A stretch of DNA of 64,000 nucleotides, from contig LVLI01000256.1 in assembly GCA_001687465.1 (NCBI GenBank), positions 1 through 64,000 of the forward strand, written 5' to 3'. This DNA comes from Halocafeteria seosinensis (lineage: Eukaryota). Under the pieces are notes generated by a model that searched no databases, had not been told where the DNA came from, and worked only from the letters and a program-made list of their open reading frames with translations. A program made the translations under genes and the position numbers. This document shows, one piece after another, positions 59,989-64,000 of this stretch; positions within the stretch are counted from its first letter, which is position 1, and each line of letters opens with the position of its first letter.

Positions 59989-62347
59989 ATGGAGGGCCAT
60001 TTTGCCGATGTTATGGGGACTCAAAAGCGCGGTCGCGAGGAGGATGATGGGAAATCATCCTCTACCGCTGCCAATCATAAAGCTATGAGAACCTCGGCAT
60101 CGTCATCAGCCTCTGCTAGTGCTGCTGCTGCTGCGTCCGGAGGTCAAGCTTCCACGGACAATACAGGCAGTAGTTTGAGCCAGGAGCAAATCCAAAAGAT
60201 GTTAGCCGAAGCAGATAATATCGATGTAAGGGAGGTGAATGTTCTGAGACTGAGAGTTACTCGCTACACCTTTGTCCATTGAGCTACAGGTGCCGTCTCT
60301 GGATGCTGGTGGAATCAAAAAGATGTCTCAGAATTTGGAGAAGAAGATAAACAAGAATCAGTTACAGCGAGCCAAGTGGACTGACCAGCCAGCCAAGTAA
60401 GAAAATCTGGAGTTGTTTAGGCTTAGCGTCTAGGAACAGTCATTGTTGATGCTTGCTCAGATTTATGAACTCAGAACTGGAGCTCCATGAAGAGGTCCAA
60501 AAATTCACATCTGTTGCGGCAGCACCTGAGCTATATGGCCATCTGGTGAGTAATTCTACCACTATCGATTTTGGTACGGATGTGAAATCATCGCGCCTGT
60601 GTATTCGTCTTATTGCAGATAAAATGCAATACTGTAACCTCGTTACTTGGACTGCTTTCCCACGAAAATACTGACATCGCAGTAGATGCCGTGGCCGTCT
60701 TCTCGGAACTCCTAAACCCTGAGGTATTGCAAACGGACGAGGAGGAAACCGCTGCTATTCAGATTGTCGATCACATGGTATGGGGGAACTAAACCATAGC
60801 TAGCGTTCTTGAGAGACGTATTGTCTTATTGAGCTGATGCATGTTACCCCAACAGCTGGAGAACGATGGGTTAGAACTAGTGGTTCAAAACCTGCAACGA
60901 CTCAACGAAGAATCCGCAGAAGAATCCCAAGGAATTTTCGACACTCTGTCGTTGCTAGAGTATATTCTCCAGTTGAAGGTATGTGTGAGCTACTGCGACA
61001 CGTATTAGATGAAGCAGCTCATTGAAGTTACCGTTCTTGTCGGTTTGACAGACGGACTTGTCGGGAACGCTATGCTCGAAAACGCCAATACTGGAGTGGC
61101 TAATTATACGTGTTTTGAAAAAAGCATACGATTACAATAAATTGTATGCCTCGGAGATGCTTTCTTTGCTCATGCAATCTAACTTGGATAATGCCTCCTT
61201 AGTAGGGCAACTGGGAACGTCAGGTGATCAGAGCCGCAAACAACTTGGTGTAACGACGGAAGGTGGAGGAGTAGAGGCATTACTTAAAGCTATTAGCTAT
61301 TACAAGAAGCAAAATCCTAAAGGAGGAGAAGAAGAGGAGTGTGTCGAAAACCTCTTTAATTGTTTAATGACAGCTCTAGTAAGTAAACGTGATTAAAACT
61401 TGGTTTGGTGGACTTGTGCACGATCGAACGAGTGCTGATGCTACAGATGGTGTCCCAAAACAAAGACAGGTTTCGAAGAGCAGAAGGGTTCGCGCTGATG
61501 TTGCGATGTATTAGAGAGAAGAAATTTGCGAAACACAGCGCGTTTCGCGTCATTGACTGGGCAGTATCGCAATCTATGGAAAACTCGAAGAATTTAGTCT
61601 GTAAGAAGCTGTTTGAGGCGTTCATCAACACTGCAGTTAACAGTTACAATAGGATCTTTGCTGTTTATCATCCTTGCAGCGGAAGGAGGGTTAAAGTATA
61701 TGTTTCCCATCTTTATGGGCAAGGGACAGGCTGCTACCAAGAAGGAGTTTGGACCTGATGCAGCCCACGCGGAACAGAAGGCTTCCATAAACATTCTGAG
61801 CAGTCTGGCGGAATTACTACCGGAACAAAGCGTAGAAAGGTTGCGCTTCGTTGCAAAATTTTTGGAAAAAAGTGATGAAAAGATCGATAGACTGGTAGAA
61901 TTACACACTGAGTATCAGGAAAAGGTAACGGCTTTTGAGAAGGATGTTAGCGCGGGCCGAGTAAGCCTGGAGGAAGGGGATGAGACGGACGAGCTTCTAG
62001 CAGACCTTCCCGCCGAGGACAGACTGTACCTGAAAAAGTTAGACAATGGACTTGATATGCTTCAGCGTATCGATGCAATGATAGCACATCTGTGCATAGG
62101 TACAGGAGGTGATTCTCGAATCCGCGACCGACTTTGGTCGAAACTCTACAAGCAAGGAAGTTCTCTGGCTTCGGTTGCTACTACTCTCCAAGAGCATGCA
62201 CAGCATATAGGCCGGAGTACCGAGGAAAACCGTGACCAACAGGATAGTGGATCTAACACCCAAAGGGCTAGATTGGAACGCGTGGTCCACGATCTTATTG
62301 GATTTTCTGCGGGGGAGCAGCAAGACAGCTCACAAAATGGACAGTAA
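59989..62347 (+). CDS. CTNNBL1: Beta-catenin-like protein 1 (Prp19 complex)
   Basis: LEKKINKNQLQRAK, FMNSELELHE, LLGLLSHENTDIA, NKLYASEML, EEEECVENLFNCL, EKIDRLVELH, YLKKLDNGL. Confidence 0.93.
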
Positions 62348-62683
62348 GAATTCATGACAGATTTTAGTATTTGCCCCTTTGCCGCACAATTTGCTGCCAC
62401 TCTCAAATTACTTCCACGGACTGAGATCAACCCGATTTCTAGATTGCTTCCACTGCGAGCTTCTCACGTTGCCAAGGTTGTGTCTTCACAAACACCCTCT
62501 CAGGTATCTTCACAACCATCTCTATCGTGTTGTACAGAGTGAATACAGGCGTAGTTTCCTGCATACGCGAGTCTAAGGACATGGTTTGATGTGGTATGAA
62601 AGCATCAAGCTGTAGCTTGTCCGATTATCCGTCATTCAAGGGCAGCAGAAGTGATTCTGTAGAACACCCACGCGTTTTGGGGT

Positions 62684-63781
62684 ATGCATATTGGCATTTA
62701 CAGGCTATTTTCTGGGAATCTAAGGCGTCAAGTGAGGTTAGTCCCTTCGAACAAATTACATTTCTCGAGAATGAGCTCCTCGAAACCGTATAACACGGAA
62801 GCGCCGTCGGACCCGGTGGAGAAATCCAAGTTTCTGGCAGCACGCCAGGCGTTTGACGATTATGTGGTCAAGGATGGAATGAAAATTGGGATAGGGAGTG
62901 GTTCCACCATCGTACACGGAATTCATCGCTTGGCGCAAATGTACCATGAGGATGGAAAAGATGTCGTTTGCGTGCCGACTTCCTTTCAATCTCGTCAGGT
63001 AAGTGAGGGTTGTGGGATTCCTCCTTCCTTGTTTGGAACAAGCAACCTGGAATGTTTATGGTTGCAGCTCATTACTGAAGTGGGTCTGCCACTTTCGGAT
63101 CTATCCCAATGTCCACAACTTGATGTAGCTTTTGACGGAGCTGATGAATGTGATAGAAGCCTGAACTGCATTAAAGGTACGCTAGGTTGAGAGGAAGATC
63201 CGAAACTGTTAGGATCATGGATTCTCTATGTGATTGCAGGAGGTGGTGGCTGCCACCTGCTGGAGAAATTGGTTGCATCATGTGCGCAGAAGTTTATTAT
63301 CATCGCCGATGATCGGAAGCAGAGTGAAATACTTGGGAGAAAATGGCGGAAAGGTGTGCCGATAGAGGTGAGTTCAGAGCAGTAAACTGGATAACAAATA
63401 AGTAAAGTACGAAGACCTGTGAAACAAGTTCTGCAGGTGGTGTCGGATGGTTACTATCCCATTACACAGAAGCTACAGAAAGAATTCAATGGAAAACCTG
63501 TACTGAGAATGGGTGGCTCCGCGAAGGCAGGGCCCGTTGTGACAGACAAAGGTAAGATGACTCATGCCCTTATGTGCTACTAAGCGAAATAGAAGATTCT
63601 TACATCTGCAGGCAATTTTATACTGGATACTGATTTTGGTGAAGTCCATGATCCCTCATCCCTTCACTTAAAGCTCATCCGAATCCCAGGTGTGGTCGAG
63701 ACGGGCTTCTTCTGCGACTTCGCCGAAAAGGCGTACTTCGGTAAGGAGGACGGCTCCGTCGAAGTATGGAACCGGCCATAA
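62684..63781 (+). CDS. RPIA: Ribose-5-phosphate isomerase A (start 62684 or 62771)
   Basis: GIGSGST, VPTSFQS, AFDGADE, IKG|GGG, PIEV, KAGPVVTD, IPGVVETG. Confidence 0.95.
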
Positions 63782-64000
63782 GGAGGTATCAAGGAGGATG
63801 TCTGTTCACTTGAGCGTGTAATTATTGATGCATTTTCCGCAATGTAAAGTGTATTTGATCGCTATCCTAATTCACCGTTGTGTTCCAGTTGCGTGCTCGT
63901 TTGGGGTTGTAACCGTATCAGTGGTCACGCATAATTTTCATTTTCTTATTTTTCAGCCAATTCGACATTTCTGCCGTAATCTCTCCATTTCTCCACACTA

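Overview
This is eukaryotic nuclear DNA from a compact, intron-rich genome of a flagellated protist. Introns are short (mostly about 60-100 nt) and canonical GT-AG wherever I traced them; the taxon cannot be fixed from this window. About 25 tightly packed protein genes are present. They include a 5'-nucleotidase, a FAM20/four-jointed-like kinase, LIS1, prolyl oligopeptidase, cytosolic HSP70, ETF-beta, acylphosphatase, a P4-ATPase, MORN and LRR proteins, BART and HIG1 domain proteins, a carboxylesterase, a Tudor-like+USP deubiquitinase, APC10, IFT54 with two CH domains, a SERAC1-like hydrolase, two tandem RING-LON genes, CTNNBL1 and RPIA. There are three transposon-debris islands (~0.2-2 kb, ~17 kb, ~56.3-59.6 kb). 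The most unusual structure is at 56653-59640. There, ~90-100 bp inverted termini enclose an apparently intact intron-containing secreted Cys-rich gene, a non-LTR reverse-transcriptase fragment and hAT transposase fragments. The same terminal unit recurs upstream of HSP70. Gene models were spliced by eye and no database searches were run. No tRNA, rRNA or CRISPR array was seen.
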